Numbered from the stretch's first letter, positions 10,377 to 20,005 are shown. The stretch is DNA of 64,000 nucleotides from Candidatus Methanosuratincola mesotaenarum (GCA_038801705.1 JAULTC010000002.1:3072-67071); one strand, 5' to 3'. Numbers and translations are program-made. Notes: generated by a model not told the origin, from the letters alone.

Positions 10377-10789
10377 TCAAGACCTTTTTAGTGATCCTAT
10401 CTCCGGACTCCAGCTTGACGCCTTCGATGCTTGTCGAGAAGGCTGCCGAGACTGGTGGAATAGACTACAAGGAGACCTGCTACGGCCTGCTCGTGGAGGG
10501 GGAAGAAGAGAAGGTCAGACCTATCCTTGAGGAGATGAGGGCGCTTGACCCAAAGAAGGTCTTCTACAAGCAGAGGGGGTACAGGATCGGCGATGACAGG
10601 ATCTGCAGGGCAAAGAAGGGTGGGGGGCCTAGACCAGGCTACCATATGCTCAGCTCGGAGCGCGAGGTACTGAAGAATGTATCCAGGGCGCTCGAGTTTG
10701 AGGGCGAGGCGCCTCCTGAAAAAGAGAAGACCAGTCTAGAAGTGGAAAAGCTGAAGAGAATAATCGAGGCGGAGAGTGGGAGAGATTAA
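10373..10789 (+). CDS. small methanogenesis-marker-like protein (Mmp6-like size)
   Basis: 138 aa. Start overlaps the upstream stop (ATGA). Position and size are consistent with mmp6. Confidence 0.4.
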   Translation: MIKTFLVILSPDSSLTPSMLVEKAAETGGIDYKETCYGLLVEGEEEKVRPILEEMRALDPKKVFYKQRGYRIGDDRICRAKKGGGPRPGYHMLSSEREVLKNVSRALEFEGEAPPEKEKTSLEVEKLKRIIEAESGRD

Positions 10790-11342
10790 GATATTCGTCG
10801 ACTCCTCTGATGAGTTCGGCGGCCAGCAGTACAAGTACATCGCTGAGAAGAGCGTAGAAGACTTGGGGCTGGGAGGAAGCATCGAATCGATTGGCATGGT
10901 CATAAGGATCGAGGAGCCAGTCTTCATCATAGCAATAAGGTACAAGGAGGTAACAGGCAAGAACACGCTCGGGGAGGCGGCCTACATCGACTCGAGGAAG
11001 AATGGCATCAGGGTAACGCTCAGCAGTGAGATCTTCCTTGGGGACGCACTCAAAGCCCTCTGGTCAAAGTACGGCAGGGACAGGGTCGAGCAGATAGGCA
11101 GGCTCGAGATATTTGTCTCAGGCGGCGATCCGGAAGAAGTAAAGGGGATAAGGCTCAGCGAAAAAGGTTATGACCTGGAGTCTAGGATAAGCGAGCTTGC
11201 AGCAAGGATCATCCCAGAGGGGTTTAGGGTGAGGGGCTCGACAAAAAAGAAAGGGATGCTAACAATAATCGCCTCAGAAGATCCGATAACGGAGGGATGG
11301 AGAAAGCTAGCCGCAAAACTGGAGGAAGAAACCCGTGCTTAA
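10776..11342 (+). CDS. small methanogenesis-marker-like protein (Mmp5-like size)
   Basis: 188 aa. Overlaps its neighbours, so it is operonic. Confidence 0.4.
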   Translation: MGEIKIFVDSSDEFGGQQYKYIAEKSVEDLGLGGSIESIGMVIRIEEPVFIIAIRYKEVTGKNTLGEAAYIDSRKNGIRVTLSSEIFLGDALKALWSKYGRDRVEQIGRLEIFVSGGDPEEVKGIRLSEKGYDLESRISELAARIIPEGFRVRGSTKKKGMLTIIASEDPITEGWRKLAAKLEEETRA

Positions 11343-12237
11343 GTACATGCTCTTCGAAGGCGGCCTGTATAAGCACGAGAGGATACTCGAGTTCCTCGAG
11401 GACGTGGGCGGATTTTTGGTGCAGAAGACGGTTGCTGGCCTGGATCTGATAATGAACTTGGCCCTCCCAGAGGAGGAACTGGAGGGGCTCTCAAAGATAG
11501 TCTCTGATCTGAAGGGCAAGCTTACGTATGCGCCCCTGGTCGGGACAGAGATAGGCGTAGTTGCTCCGACGCTCTCCAGGCACCACCTGCCACACCCTGC
11601 GTGTGATATTGCAGAAAATCTTAGGAGGCACGGGGCGAAGACGAATATAATCGGGCTCTCTAGGGGGGTCGGACAGAAGATAGTCCACACAACGACGAAG
11701 GAAAAGGAGCTGATCGAGGAGCACGACATCGCGGTATTCACCCTAGGTAACTTCGAGACCTGCCTGTTGAAGAAGACCAGGCTTTTCAATGAGATCGAGG
11801 TGCCGGTGATTGTGACAGGGGGCCCCTTGATGAAGGTCATCCAAGGTGCTGAAGCTTACGTCGGCGGTATAGGCAGGTACCCCGAGAGGGCAAGGACAGG
11901 GGAGACGATCGACAGGCTGAGGGAGGTCTCGAGGGTCGCTGGCGAGCTCGTTGAGGAGAGGAGGAGGGAGATGGATCTTGATCCACTAGTCGTCGACCCG
12001 ATCATTGTGAAAGGGGAGATCGAGAGACAAGTACCGGAGTCCACCGAGGCGCTATCCCCAAACCCCGTCACGCTCAAGATAGACGGGGTGAGGGTGAAGC
12101 TCCTATATGACGAATACAAAGATAGGATAGGTGGCGTCGACATCGAGGGCAGAAAGCTCTCCGAGTTCGCTACAATAAAGAGGTCGCTGATGAGGAACTA
12201 CATCCTGGTGAAGGTGCTTCCTAAGTCAATGTTTTGA
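11335..12237 (+). CDS. methanogenesis-marker-like protein (Mmp7- or Mmp17-like, unresolved)
   Basis: 300-aa ORF between the small marker genes and atwA. No catalytic motif recognised. Confidence 0.35.
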   Translation: MLKYMLFEGGLYKHERILEFLEDVGGFLVQKTVAGLDLIMNLALPEEELEGLSKIVSDLKGKLTYAPLVGTEIGVVAPTLSRHHLPHPACDIAENLRRHGAKTNIIGLSRGVGQKIVHTTTKEKELIEEHDIAVFTLGNFETCLLKKTRLFNEIEVPVIVTGGPLMKVIQGAEAYVGGIGRYPERARTGETIDRLREVSRVAGELVEERRREMDLDPLVVDPIIVKGEIERQVPESTEALSPNPVTLKIDGVRVKLLYDEYKDRIGGVDIEGRKLSEFATIKRSLMRNYILVKVLPKSMF

Positions 12238-12249
12238 GGGGGATCCGCT

Positions 12250-13929
12250 TTGTTGTTACAAGTCGTCGGACTCACGAAAAAATATCCTGAGAGCGGCATC
12301 ATTGCCCTCGATGGCATCTCATTCTCAGTGGGAGAGGGAGAGGTGGTAGGCATTGCGGGCAGGAGCGGCGCAGGAAAGAGCACGCTACTGAGGATACTGA
12401 GGGGCGTCGAGGGCTTCGACCAAGGGTTGGTAACCTTCGACGGGCTCAGGATCACGCCATCCTCCCCAAAGGCAGATCTTCTTGAGCTGCAGCGCAAGAC
12501 TGCAATCCAGCTCCAGAGAAGCTTTGGGCTTTGGCCCGACAGCGCAGTCGACAACTTGATAAGGGCACTGAGGTATTCGGACGGGTTCGATGAGACGGTC
12601 CCCGAGGCAGAGGGGGAATACAAGGAGTACTACGATAGGGCGATGGAGATACTCAGGGTAGTCGGGCTGGACAAGAGGGCAGGGCTCTGGTCAGAGGTGC
12701 TCAGCGGAGGCGAGAAGCAGAGGTTAATCATAGCCAGGCAGATAGCAAGGAGACCTAAACTGCTGCTGCTGGATGAGCCGGGCACAATGACTTGCCCTGC
12801 GACAAGAGAAGCATTGCTGGACGCGCTTAAGAGGGTTAACAGGGAGCTCGGCATCGCGATCCTCTTCGCCTCGCACAACCCCCAGACACACAGGTCGCTC
12901 TCGGAAAGGACGATGCTTATTGACAGAGGCAAGGTTTTGTTGGACGGGAGGACAGAGGCTGTACTGGACAGGTTCCTCTCCGGAATCGAGGATCCCATCG
13001 AAAAGACAAGGATCGACGGTCCTGTGGTCCTGAAGATCGAGGGGGCAAGCAAGACCTATAAGCTCATACCTTATGGCACGGTCTTCGAGATGGCCGAGAC
13101 AAGTCTCGAGTTCAGGAGGGGAGAGATCGCAGGGATCATCGGCCCTTCTGGTGCTGGTAAGACAGTCATCCTCAGGATGCTCTCTGGGCTCGAGCTACCG
13201 GACAGGGGGGAGGTGAGGATAACGTACAAGGGGGAGTGGGTGGTCCTAGGCAAGTTTGGCAGGAAGAATATGCTTGCGAGGCGGCGCATCGGGGTCCTCC
13301 ATCAGGAATTTGACCTGCCTCACTTCGCTAGGGTTCTGGATCTCTTTGCCGCAAAGCTCGGACTCAAGGACTATAGCTCACTCGAGGCTGCGCTGAAGAG
13401 GGGGAAAAGGGAAGGGCTCTCAGATGAGGCGATAGACGCACTCAGCAGGGTCTATGAACTCCCAGAAGGCGAGATGAAGGCAAAGCTGACTGAGATGGGG
13501 ATAAGCCAGGACCTGTTAAAGGAGCTGTTCAGATCGAAGGATCCCGAGAAGGCGAGGGACGTGGCGCTTACCGTACTGGAGGCGGTGGGGTTGTCCCCTG
13601 GGATCCTCGACCGGAACGTCTACGAACTCAGCGGGGGTGAGAAGATAAGGGTCGCCTTGGCGCTGTCGCTGATCGCCAGCCCGAAGGTGCTCATTCTCGA
13701 CGAGCCCTTCGGCGACTTGGACCCCATTACGCTGAGGATGGTTGCAAATTCACTGAAGATGGTAAAGAAAAAGCTGAAACCTGCGATCGTGCTAGTTAGC
13801 CACCAGCTCGACCTCCTCGAGGAGGTCTCTGACCGGGCGATACTGATTGTGGACGGCAAGGTTGTGATGGACGGCGACCCGTCTTCGGTGGTAAAAAAGT
13901 TTTTGGAGGAGAGAGAACTTGGAGTTTGA
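12250..13929 (+). CDS. atwA: Mcr component A2, double ABC-ATPase
   Basis: Two complete ABC cassettes: GRSGAGKST / LSGGEKQRLIIARQ / LLLDEPGT and GPSGAGKT / LSGGEKIRVALALS / LILDEPFGDLD. About 560 aa with no transmembrane domain, inside the mmp cluster. TTG start. Confidence 0.75.
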   Translation: MLLQVVGLTKKYPESGIIALDGISFSVGEGEVVGIAGRSGAGKSTLLRILRGVEGFDQGLVTFDGLRITPSSPKADLLELQRKTAIQLQRSFGLWPDSAVDNLIRALRYSDGFDETVPEAEGEYKEYYDRAMEILRVVGLDKRAGLWSEVLSGGEKQRLIIARQIARRPKLLLLDEPGTMTCPATREALLDALKRVNRELGIAILFASHNPQTHRSLSERTMLIDRGKVLLDGRTEAVLDRFLSGIEDPIEKTRIDGPVVLKIEGASKTYKLIPYGTVFEMAETSLEFRRGEIAGIIGPSGAGKTVILRMLSGLELPDRGEVRITYKGEWVVLGKFGRKNMLARRRIGVLHQEFDLPHFARVLDLFAAKLGLKDYSSLEAALKRGKREGLSDEAIDALSRVYELPEGEMKAKLTEMGISQDLLKELFRSKDPEKARDVALTVLEAVGLSPGILDRNVYELSGGEKIRVALALSLIASPKVLILDEPFGDLDPITLRMVANSLKMVKKKLKPAIVLVSHQLDLLEEVSDRAILIVDGKVVMDGDPSSVVKKFLEERELGV

Positions 13930-15817
13930 AGTAATATTCCTTCCAGAAGGGAAGAGGAGCAGGGTACCTGCAAACGCCACGCTTATGTCGGCGGCGCTAA
14001 AGGGGGAAGTGGATCTTGCGGCAATATGCGGAGGCAAGGGTTACTGCGGGAAGTGCATGGTAGAGGTCATCGACGGGAAGGTCTCTCCGCTGACGGACCA
14101 TGAGAGGAAGAGGATCCCAAAGGAGAAGCTTGATAAGAACTACAGGCTTGCCTGCCAGGCGCATGTGGAGGGCAATGTCACAATAAGAGTACCAGACCAG
14201 AGCAGGGTTGGAAAGCAGCGGCTCGTCATCATGGGGAAGGAACCGCCCATACAGATCAGGAGCAATGTCGAGAAGGTCTATCTGGAGCTGGTGCCGCCCT
14301 CGCTCGAGGATCCTACAGCGGACGACGAGAGACTCCTAACCGAGCTCGCGGTGAAAGGCTACCCGAACCTCGTGATCGACTCGCCAACAGCAAGGGATCT
14401 GCCAAGGGTGCTGAGGGATGCGGGTTGGAAGATTACGGCAGTGATCCTGGGAAGGAAGGAAGTCATCGCCATTGAAAAGGGGGACACGAGAGCGAGAAAG
14501 TACGGCCTGGCGGTGGACATAGGCACCACTAAGCTGGCAGTTTTCATAGTTGACCTGAATGATGGCACAATAGTTTACGCAGACGGCACGATGAACCCTC
14601 AGATAAAGTTCGGGGAGGACGTGATCTCCAGGATCAACTATGCGTCGCAAGGCAAGGCGCATCTTGAAGAGATACGGGGCACCATAGTTGAGGGGATAAA
14701 CAGCCTATTGAAATCAGGCGTCTCGGAGGTAGAGATAGGCATGGAGGAGGTTTACGAGGCGGTACTTGTAGGCAACACTGCGATGCACCACCTCTTCGCA
14801 GGGATAGACGTAAAGAGCCTCGGGCTGGCGCCGTATGCCGCAGGGGTTGGCAGGTCCTGCGACAACAAGGCAAGGGATATGGGCCTTGAAATTAACTCCT
14901 CAGGTAATGTGCACCTCCTCCCGAATGTAGCAGGGTTCGTGGGCGCAGACGCAATAGCGGACATGCTCGCATCTAGGCTTCATGAGAAGGAGAGGCTTAC
15001 GCTGCTCATGGACGTGGGGACGAATACAGAGGTCATGCTCGGAGACAAAAACTGCATTTGGGCTTGTTCAACCGCATCAGGCCCGGCCTTCGAGGGAGCG
15101 CACATAAAGTGTGGCATGAGGGCTGCGAGCGGTGCGATCGAGAAGGTTTGGATAGGCAACGACTTGAGCGTATCCTATAAGACCATTGACGACAAGAGGG
15201 CGCGCGGGATATGCGGTTCTGGCATGATTGATGCGGTAGCGGAGATGCTGAAGGCAGGCGTGATAGATACCTCGGGAAGGATACAGCAAGTAGGGGGCAG
15301 CATCAGGGACGGGGAGGGTGGAAGAGAGTTTGTGCTTGTCCCAAAGGAGGAGACTGAGACAGGCAAGGAGGACATAGTAATCACCCAAGATGACGTCAGG
15401 GAGCTCCAGAAGGCCAAAGCGGCAATCTACGCTGGATTCATGACGCTGGTGAGGAAGGGGGGGCTGGACAGAGGATCCCTGTCTGAGATAATAATCGCCG
15501 GCGCATTCGGGAACTACATCGACCCGAAGAACGCAAGGATAATAGGGATGATACCCGAGCTCCCGCTAGAGAGGATCTCATTTACGGGCAACACGGCTGG
15601 CTCAGGCGCGAGGCTTTGCCTGAAGTCGCTTGACGTGAGGCTTGAAGCCCAGACCGTTGCCTCAAGGATAAAATATATAGAACTTGCAGCACAGCCTATC
15701 TTTGAGGAAGAGTACATTAATGCGATGTACATGCCGAACAGCCGGTTAGAAGACTTCCCGGAAACCATGAGGGAAGTGAAGGCGCCGAGGGTAGTGAGGC
15801 GTTATGTCAGAAGATGA
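13919..15817 (+). CDS. RACo-type ATP-dependent reductive activase homologue (2Fe-2S ferredoxin + ASKHA ATPase)
   Basis: N-terminal plant-type ferredoxin: VIFLPEG...AICGGKGYCGKCMV...RLACQ. C-terminal ASKHA/actin-fold segments: GLAVDIGTTK, DVGTNTE, IAGAFG. 632 aa. The TTG start overlaps the atwA stop. Confidence 0.65.
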   Translation: MEFEVIFLPEGKRSRVPANATLMSAALKGEVDLAAICGGKGYCGKCMVEVIDGKVSPLTDHERKRIPKEKLDKNYRLACQAHVEGNVTIRVPDQSRVGKQRLVIMGKEPPIQIRSNVEKVYLELVPPSLEDPTADDERLLTELAVKGYPNLVIDSPTARDLPRVLRDAGWKITAVILGRKEVIAIEKGDTRARKYGLAVDIGTTKLAVFIVDLNDGTIVYADGTMNPQIKFGEDVISRINYASQGKAHLEEIRGTIVEGINSLLKSGVSEVEIGMEEVYEAVLVGNTAMHHLFAGIDVKSLGLAPYAAGVGRSCDNKARDMGLEINSSGNVHLLPNVAGFVGADAIADMLASRLHEKERLTLLMDVGTNTEVMLGDKNCIWACSTASGPAFEGAHIKCGMRAASGAIEKVWIGNDLSVSYKTIDDKRARGICGSGMIDAVAEMLKAGVIDTSGRIQQVGGSIRDGEGGREFVLVPKEETETGKEDIVITQDDVRELQKAKAAIYAGFMTLVRKGGLDRGSLSEIIIAGAFGNYIDPKNARIIGMIPELPLERISFTGNTAGSGARLCLKSLDVRLEAQTVASRIKYIELAAQPIFEEEYINAMYMPNSRLEDFPETMREVKAPRVVRRYVRR

Positions 15818-16349
15818 GTTCGTGAAGGCGCTGAAAGGGATCGAAGGTATAATCTCCGTAAAGGAATTGACTGAGGAGGAGAAGAGTGAAGTCCTGAAGC
15901 TCGAGGAGCAGGCTGAAAAAAGCGTCCTAATGGGCCTGTGCAGGGGAGTAAACATAGGGGTCAGGGAGACCCTAAACAAGGGAAGGGTCTTCGCTTGCGC
16001 TACCGACCGGTGCTTCAAGTGGCCACAGTCCTCCTACATAAAGATCGTATGTGGTGAGGAAGTGATAGGCGAGGATGTGAATGAGCAGCCGAGGCTCGAG
16101 AGGCTGAAGTCGGAAGGGAACATCGTAGCAGGCACACTGGTCTTTTATAGGGAAAAGATGCGGCTCTTGAAGGACAGGAGGGGCGACACAATGGTGCACA
16201 TACTGCCGCTAGAGATCGGGGAGATCATGGGGAAGAAGGCCATTGCCGGGAGCCCATCTCCGCCCGCAGACATGTACCTGAAAAGCAGGATGGGCATAGA
16301 CACAGGGAACAGTGCACTTGGGACGGTTTTGATTGGGATTGACGCGTGA
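15804..16349 (+). CDS. hypothetical protein (last gene of the activation operon)
   Basis: 181 aa. Start overlaps the RACo-like stop by 14 nt. Contains CRGVNIGV...CATDRCFKW. No known motif. Confidence 0.45.
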   Translation: MSEDEFVKALKGIEGIISVKELTEEEKSEVLKLEEQAEKSVLMGLCRGVNIGVRETLNKGRVFACATDRCFKWPQSSYIKIVCGEEVIGEDVNEQPRLERLKSEGNIVAGTLVFYREKMRLLKDRRGDTMVHILPLEIGEIMGKKAIAGSPSPPADMYLKSRMGIDTGNSALGTVLIGIDA

Positions 16350-16620
16350 AATACCCGACTGAACAAGGGCGAAATTTCCTGAGGGCTGGGCAAATGGCTC
16401 GAGCTGGATAATTTGATTGAATCGAGTTGGGACTTGCCACGGCAAGGGAAACACAGATCCTGGCGCCAAGCTGGTTGCAGAAAGAAAGCAAGCGAACAAG
16501 CAAGAAAGAAAACGAACATTCTGCACCCCCATACATGCCAAACAATCGGCAGGCGCTAATAGTGGTCGGTATTGCGAACATCTAAACCAATATAAGCATT
16601 CATGATCACAAACATACATA

Positions 16621-17133
16621 GTGGTTTTGTTGTGGAAGGAGATCACGAAGTTCTTTGAGGGCGCGCCTTCAAAACTGAAAGTCGCGAAACTGATGGTCGA
16701 GTTGGGCTTCAGTGTGAATGAAGCGGGCAGGATCGTCTGTGGTAATGTGGAGATCTCTGACGCGGACCTAGCAAGGGCTGCGGGCACGGATAGGAGGGTT
16801 GTAAGGCAAACTGTCGAGGAAATCATGAAGGATCCTCTGATGAAGAGGATCTTCACTGGGATAAAGCCAGCAGGCAGCTTCCTGAAAGAGATAGCCCCTG
16901 CGCTGGGGTACGGGGTGGTGGAAATCAGGGCGAAACCGGATGCGGTCGGCGTGATATCCCACGCCACTAAGCACATCTCGGAGGCTGGCATATCCATCAG
17001 GCAGATACTCGCTGAGGATCCGGAGCTCAACCCGGACCCGAAGCTGTTGATAATCACTGACAGGAAGGTTCCGGGAGAGGTGATATCAAAACTGCTCACG
17101 ATCCCGACCGTCACGAAAGTTAGCCTAAGCTGA
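16621..17133 (+). CDS. ACT-domain regulatory protein (COG2150-like)
   Basis: 170 aa with an N-terminal helix-turn-helix-like segment and a C-terminal ACT-like fold. Flanked by unusually long non-coding spacers. Confidence 0.5.
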   Translation: MVLLWKEITKFFEGAPSKLKVAKLMVELGFSVNEAGRIVCGNVEISDADLARAAGTDRRVVRQTVEEIMKDPLMKRIFTGIKPAGSFLKEIAPALGYGVVEIRAKPDAVGVISHATKHISEAGISIRQILAEDPELNPDPKLLIITDRKVPGEVISKLLTIPTVTKVSLS

Positions 17134-17288
17134 AAAAAGGCGCCCGAGTTCTGGCTGACAGGAATAATGATGGATGGGCAGATGGACAGCCAGACAGGTT
17201 GATGGCATAAGACCTTAGAAGGGCGGGCGGATAGCAAACCAGTTGCTTTCGGAAGCGCGGTTCATGCAAAAAAGGTTAAGAGAAAAGA

Positions 17289-18641
17289 TCAGGATATCTT
17301 CATAGGAATGTCATCGTAGTTGATGGACACAGCATCGCAGTTGATTACCTTTCCACTAAGGTATTCAGCGTAGCCGCCTAGGTCTAAGAGGCCATGACCA
17401 CTCAAGTTGAACAAGATTACCTTGTTCTCCTTGCATGCCTTTGCGATCTTTATTGCCGAGAGGACTGCATGCGCACTCTCAGGGGCAGGCACTATGCCCT
17501 CACACCTGGAAAAGAGTTTTCCTGCCTCGAAGACCTCGCGCTGCTTGACGGCGACTGCCTTTATGATCGAATTCTTCACGAGGGTGCTCAACGAGTACGC
17601 CGAGCCGTGATATCTCAGCCCGCCTGCATGGATGGGGGGCGTGACGAAATTGTGCCCCACGGTGTACATCGGGAAGAGGGGCGTCATCCCGGCGGTGTCC
17701 CCATAGTCATAAGCGTATACCCCGCGCGTGAAGGATGGGACAGCCTCGGGCTCGACTGCAATGAACTCCGCGTCTAGCTTGCCTGAAAGCTTCTCCTTTA
17801 CAAACGGGTACGCTAGCCCAGAGTAGTTGCTGCCGCCGCCGACGCAGCCGATTATGTAGTCAGGCTTGCGGTCGATGAGTTCCATCTGCTTCATGGCTTC
17901 CTGGCCGATGATCGTCTGGTGGAGGAGGACGAAGTTTGTGACTGACCCCAATGAGTACTTGGACTTCGGATCGTTCTTGACCGTCTCGATTGCCTCACTG
18001 ATCGCGATACCAAGGCTGCCAGGGTGGTTTGGCGTCTCCGAGAGGATCTTGCGCCCGAACTCTGTCACACTGCTCGGCGAGGCATGGACTTCTGAGCCGT
18101 AGAGCTCCATAAGCACCCTCCGATAGGGCTTCTGGTCGTGCGAAGCCCGAGTCATGAAGACTGTGCACCGCATGTCGAACATTGCACAGGCGAGGGATAG
18201 CGCCGAGCCCCACTGCCCGGCCCCTGTCTCGGTTACGAGCCGCTCAACGCCGTCCTTCTTGTTGTAGTACGCCTGGGCAATAGCCGTGTTGCCCTTATGG
18301 CTGCCCACAGGCGAGATCCCCTCGTATTTGTAGTATATCTCAGCAGGCGTCCCGAGGTACTCCTCCAGGCGCTTCGCCCTTATTATCGGCGTTGGCCTTG
18401 CCATCTTGACATATTTCTCCCTGACCTCGTTGGGTATGGCAATGTAGCGCTCCTGAGAGATCTCCTGCTCGATTAGGCTCCTCGGGAAGAACCACAGCGA
18501 GTCCAAGCCTGCTGGCTTCTTCGTCCTTGGATCGAGCGGAGGAGGGCATGGCTCTGGGAGATCCGGAACGATATTGTACCAGGACTTCGGTATTTCATCG
18601 ACAGGAAGGTCTATCCTCAGATCCTTACCAAAAACAGTCAC
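17289..18641 (-). CDS. trpB2: tryptophan synthase beta-like protein (TrpB2, PLP-dependent)
   Basis: PLP-lysine motif [12 protein letters not shown], glycine loop [13 protein letters not shown], and the ~450-aa length typical of TrpB2. Confidence 0.85.
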   Translation of the reverse strand: MTVFGKDLRIDLPVDEIPKSWYNIVPDLPEPCPPPLDPRTKKPAGLDSLWFFPRSLIEQEISQERYIAIPNEVREKYVKMARPTPIIRAKRLEEYLGTPAEIYYKYEGISPVGSHKGNTAIAQAYYNKKDGVERLVTETGAGQWGSALSLACAMFDMRCTVFMTRASHDQKPYRRVLMELYGSEVHASPSSVTEFGRKILSETPNHPGSLGIAISEAIETVKNDPKSKYSLGSVTNFVLLHQTIIGQEAMKQMELIDRKPDYIIGCVGGGSNYSGLAYPFVKEKLSGKLDAEFIAVEPEAVPSFTRGVYAYDYGDTAGMTPLFPMYTVGHNFVTPPIHAGGLRYHGSAYSLSTLVKNSIIKAVAVKQREVFEAGKLFSRCEGIVPAPESAHAVLSAIKIAKACKENKVILFNLSGHGLLDLGGYAEYLSGKVINCDAVSINYDDIPMKIS

Positions 18642-18767
18642 CCATTTTTTCCACCAATGATTTAGTTTGGAAATAGATAGCCATATTTAAGCTTTTATGC
18701 ATTATTTTATGCATAATGATTAGTGAGAGGTTATATCCAGATAGCCCAAGAATTAGAATGAAGGCCC

Positions 18768-19097
18768 ATGCAGCAGAATGCTCCTCTCAAGCGGCTCATA
18801 TACTGGCTCGTAGCGGGGACTAGGGGAGGAGGATCCCGGGGGCGCATAATCGAATCATTGAAGGAGATGCCAAAGAACGCAAACATGCTTGCGGATTCAT
18901 TAGGGATGGAATACAAGAATGTGAGGCACCACCTAGATGTGCTGTTAAAGAACGGGCTCTTGACTACAGTCGGCGAAGGTTACGGAATGACGTATTTCCT
19001 GAGCTCGGAGCTGGAAAGCAATTACCAGGTTTTTGAGGAGATCTGGGAGAAAATTGGGAAAATGAATAAAAAAAGAGACTGGAGGAAGAAGTATTGA
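18768..19097 (+). CDS. ArsR-family winged-helix regulator
   Basis: IIESLKEMPKNANMLADSLGMEYKNVRHHLDVLLKNGLL HTH segment. Confidence 0.6.
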   Translation: MQQNAPLKRLIYWLVAGTRGGGSRGRIIESLKEMPKNANMLADSLGMEYKNVRHHLDVLLKNGLLTTVGEGYGMTYFLSSELESNYQVFEEIWEKIGKMNKKRDWRKKY

Positions 19098-19534
19098 TTA
19101 TGAGGGTAAGAAGAGTCCACTTATTGGCAGTCATATCGATGATGTTGAGTATTGGCATAATAGTACAGCCGTCACTCTCTGGCACAGGAAACTCTATGGC
19201 AAGCGATGGGCAAGGATGGGGGATGAACATGCGCCACGAAGGCAGAGACATGGAGGTCTACTATTCGATTCAGACGGTGCTCTCATTCGTCAATATGTTC
19301 CTCTCGGTTCTGCTGTTTGGGGTCTACCTTGATACATATAGGAGGATCAGGTCCGGGTTTTCTCTTTCGCTGGCAATAGTTTCCCTAGTGCTATTCTCTC
19401 ATGCCCTCACCTCCAACCCGCTGCTCCACAGCGCTCTCGGCTTTGGTGGTTTCGGGCTTGGGCCGTTCGCGATGCTCCCAGAGGTCTTCAGCTGCGTGGC
19501 GCTCCTGATACTGGTTTACATCAGCCTGAAGTGA
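19094..19534 (+). CDS. integral membrane protein, hypothetical
   Basis: 146 aa with about four hydrophobic segments. Start overlaps the regulator stop. Confidence 0.5.
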   Translation: MIMRVRRVHLLAVISMMLSIGIIVQPSLSGTGNSMASDGQGWGMNMRHEGRDMEVYYSIQTVLSFVNMFLSVLLFGVYLDTYRRIRSGFSLSLAIVSLVLFSHALTSNPLLHSALGFGGFGLGPFAMLPEVFSCVALLILVYISLK

Positions 19535-19614
19535 TCCGAGGTTTGGGGTCAATTTGGGATTTACTTGGTTAAGATCCTGGAAAATCAATAAGAATCGATC
19601 AAGGCAATGATCGA

Positions 19615-19989
19615 TTGGCGATTAAAATGAAGGAGAGAACGACCATATTATTGCTGGCGGCACTGCTGATTGTGGCTATACCGATATCCTCAACACTTGC
19701 AGCGACAAATGCACAGATCACGGAGAGCCGGGCAAACTACAACTGCGATGTCACGCAGGAAAGAGAAAGGGAGCAGCAGAGAGAGTGGGAATGTGTGCAG
19801 GAGAGATGCGCTGACTGCGACAAAATCATGATTCAGGAGAGGGCACAGCTGAGAGACCTGGAACGAAATACGCTCTGCTTTCAGGCGGGCACTGCCGGCA
19901 ACTCCAGCGTTGATTGCGAGGGCTTTGCACTCCAGTTGATGGAGATGCACCAGGCTAAAAACCAACAGGGCATTGCGTCTGGAAGATGA
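19615..19989 (+). CDS. secreted cysteine-rich small protein, hypothetical
   Basis: Signal peptide MAIKMKERTTILLLAALLIVAIPISSTLA followed by a 6-Cys domain. Confidence 0.45.
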   Translation: MAIKMKERTTILLLAALLIVAIPISSTLAATNAQITESRANYNCDVTQEREREQQREWECVQERCADCDKIMIQERAQLRDLERNTLCFQAGTAGNSSVDCEGFALQLMEMHQAKNQQGIASGR

Positions 19990-20005
19990 TGGTAGGAGGG
20001 GGAAA

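Noticed and set aside
16209-17237. 342-aa ORF on the minus strand, plus similar long antisense ORFs at 2083..2658, 4934..5590, 14336..14662, 20035..20978, 27366..28403, 34228..34620, 44633..45205, 49029..49781, 51663..52184 and 55393..55932.
   Set aside because: Each lies antisense to, or out of frame with, a gene carrying strong family motifs. The translations are Ser/Pro/Arg-rich and low-complexity, as expected for spurious open frames in a high-GC genome.
16350-17288. Long non-coding spacers flanking the ACT-domain gene (16350..16620 and 17134..17288) as candidate ncRNA/tRNA loci.
   Set aside because: No tRNA-like T-loop (GTTCGAATC/GTTCAAATC), cloverleaf complementarity, or recognisable SRP/RNase P motifs were seen by eye. 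Left unannotated.
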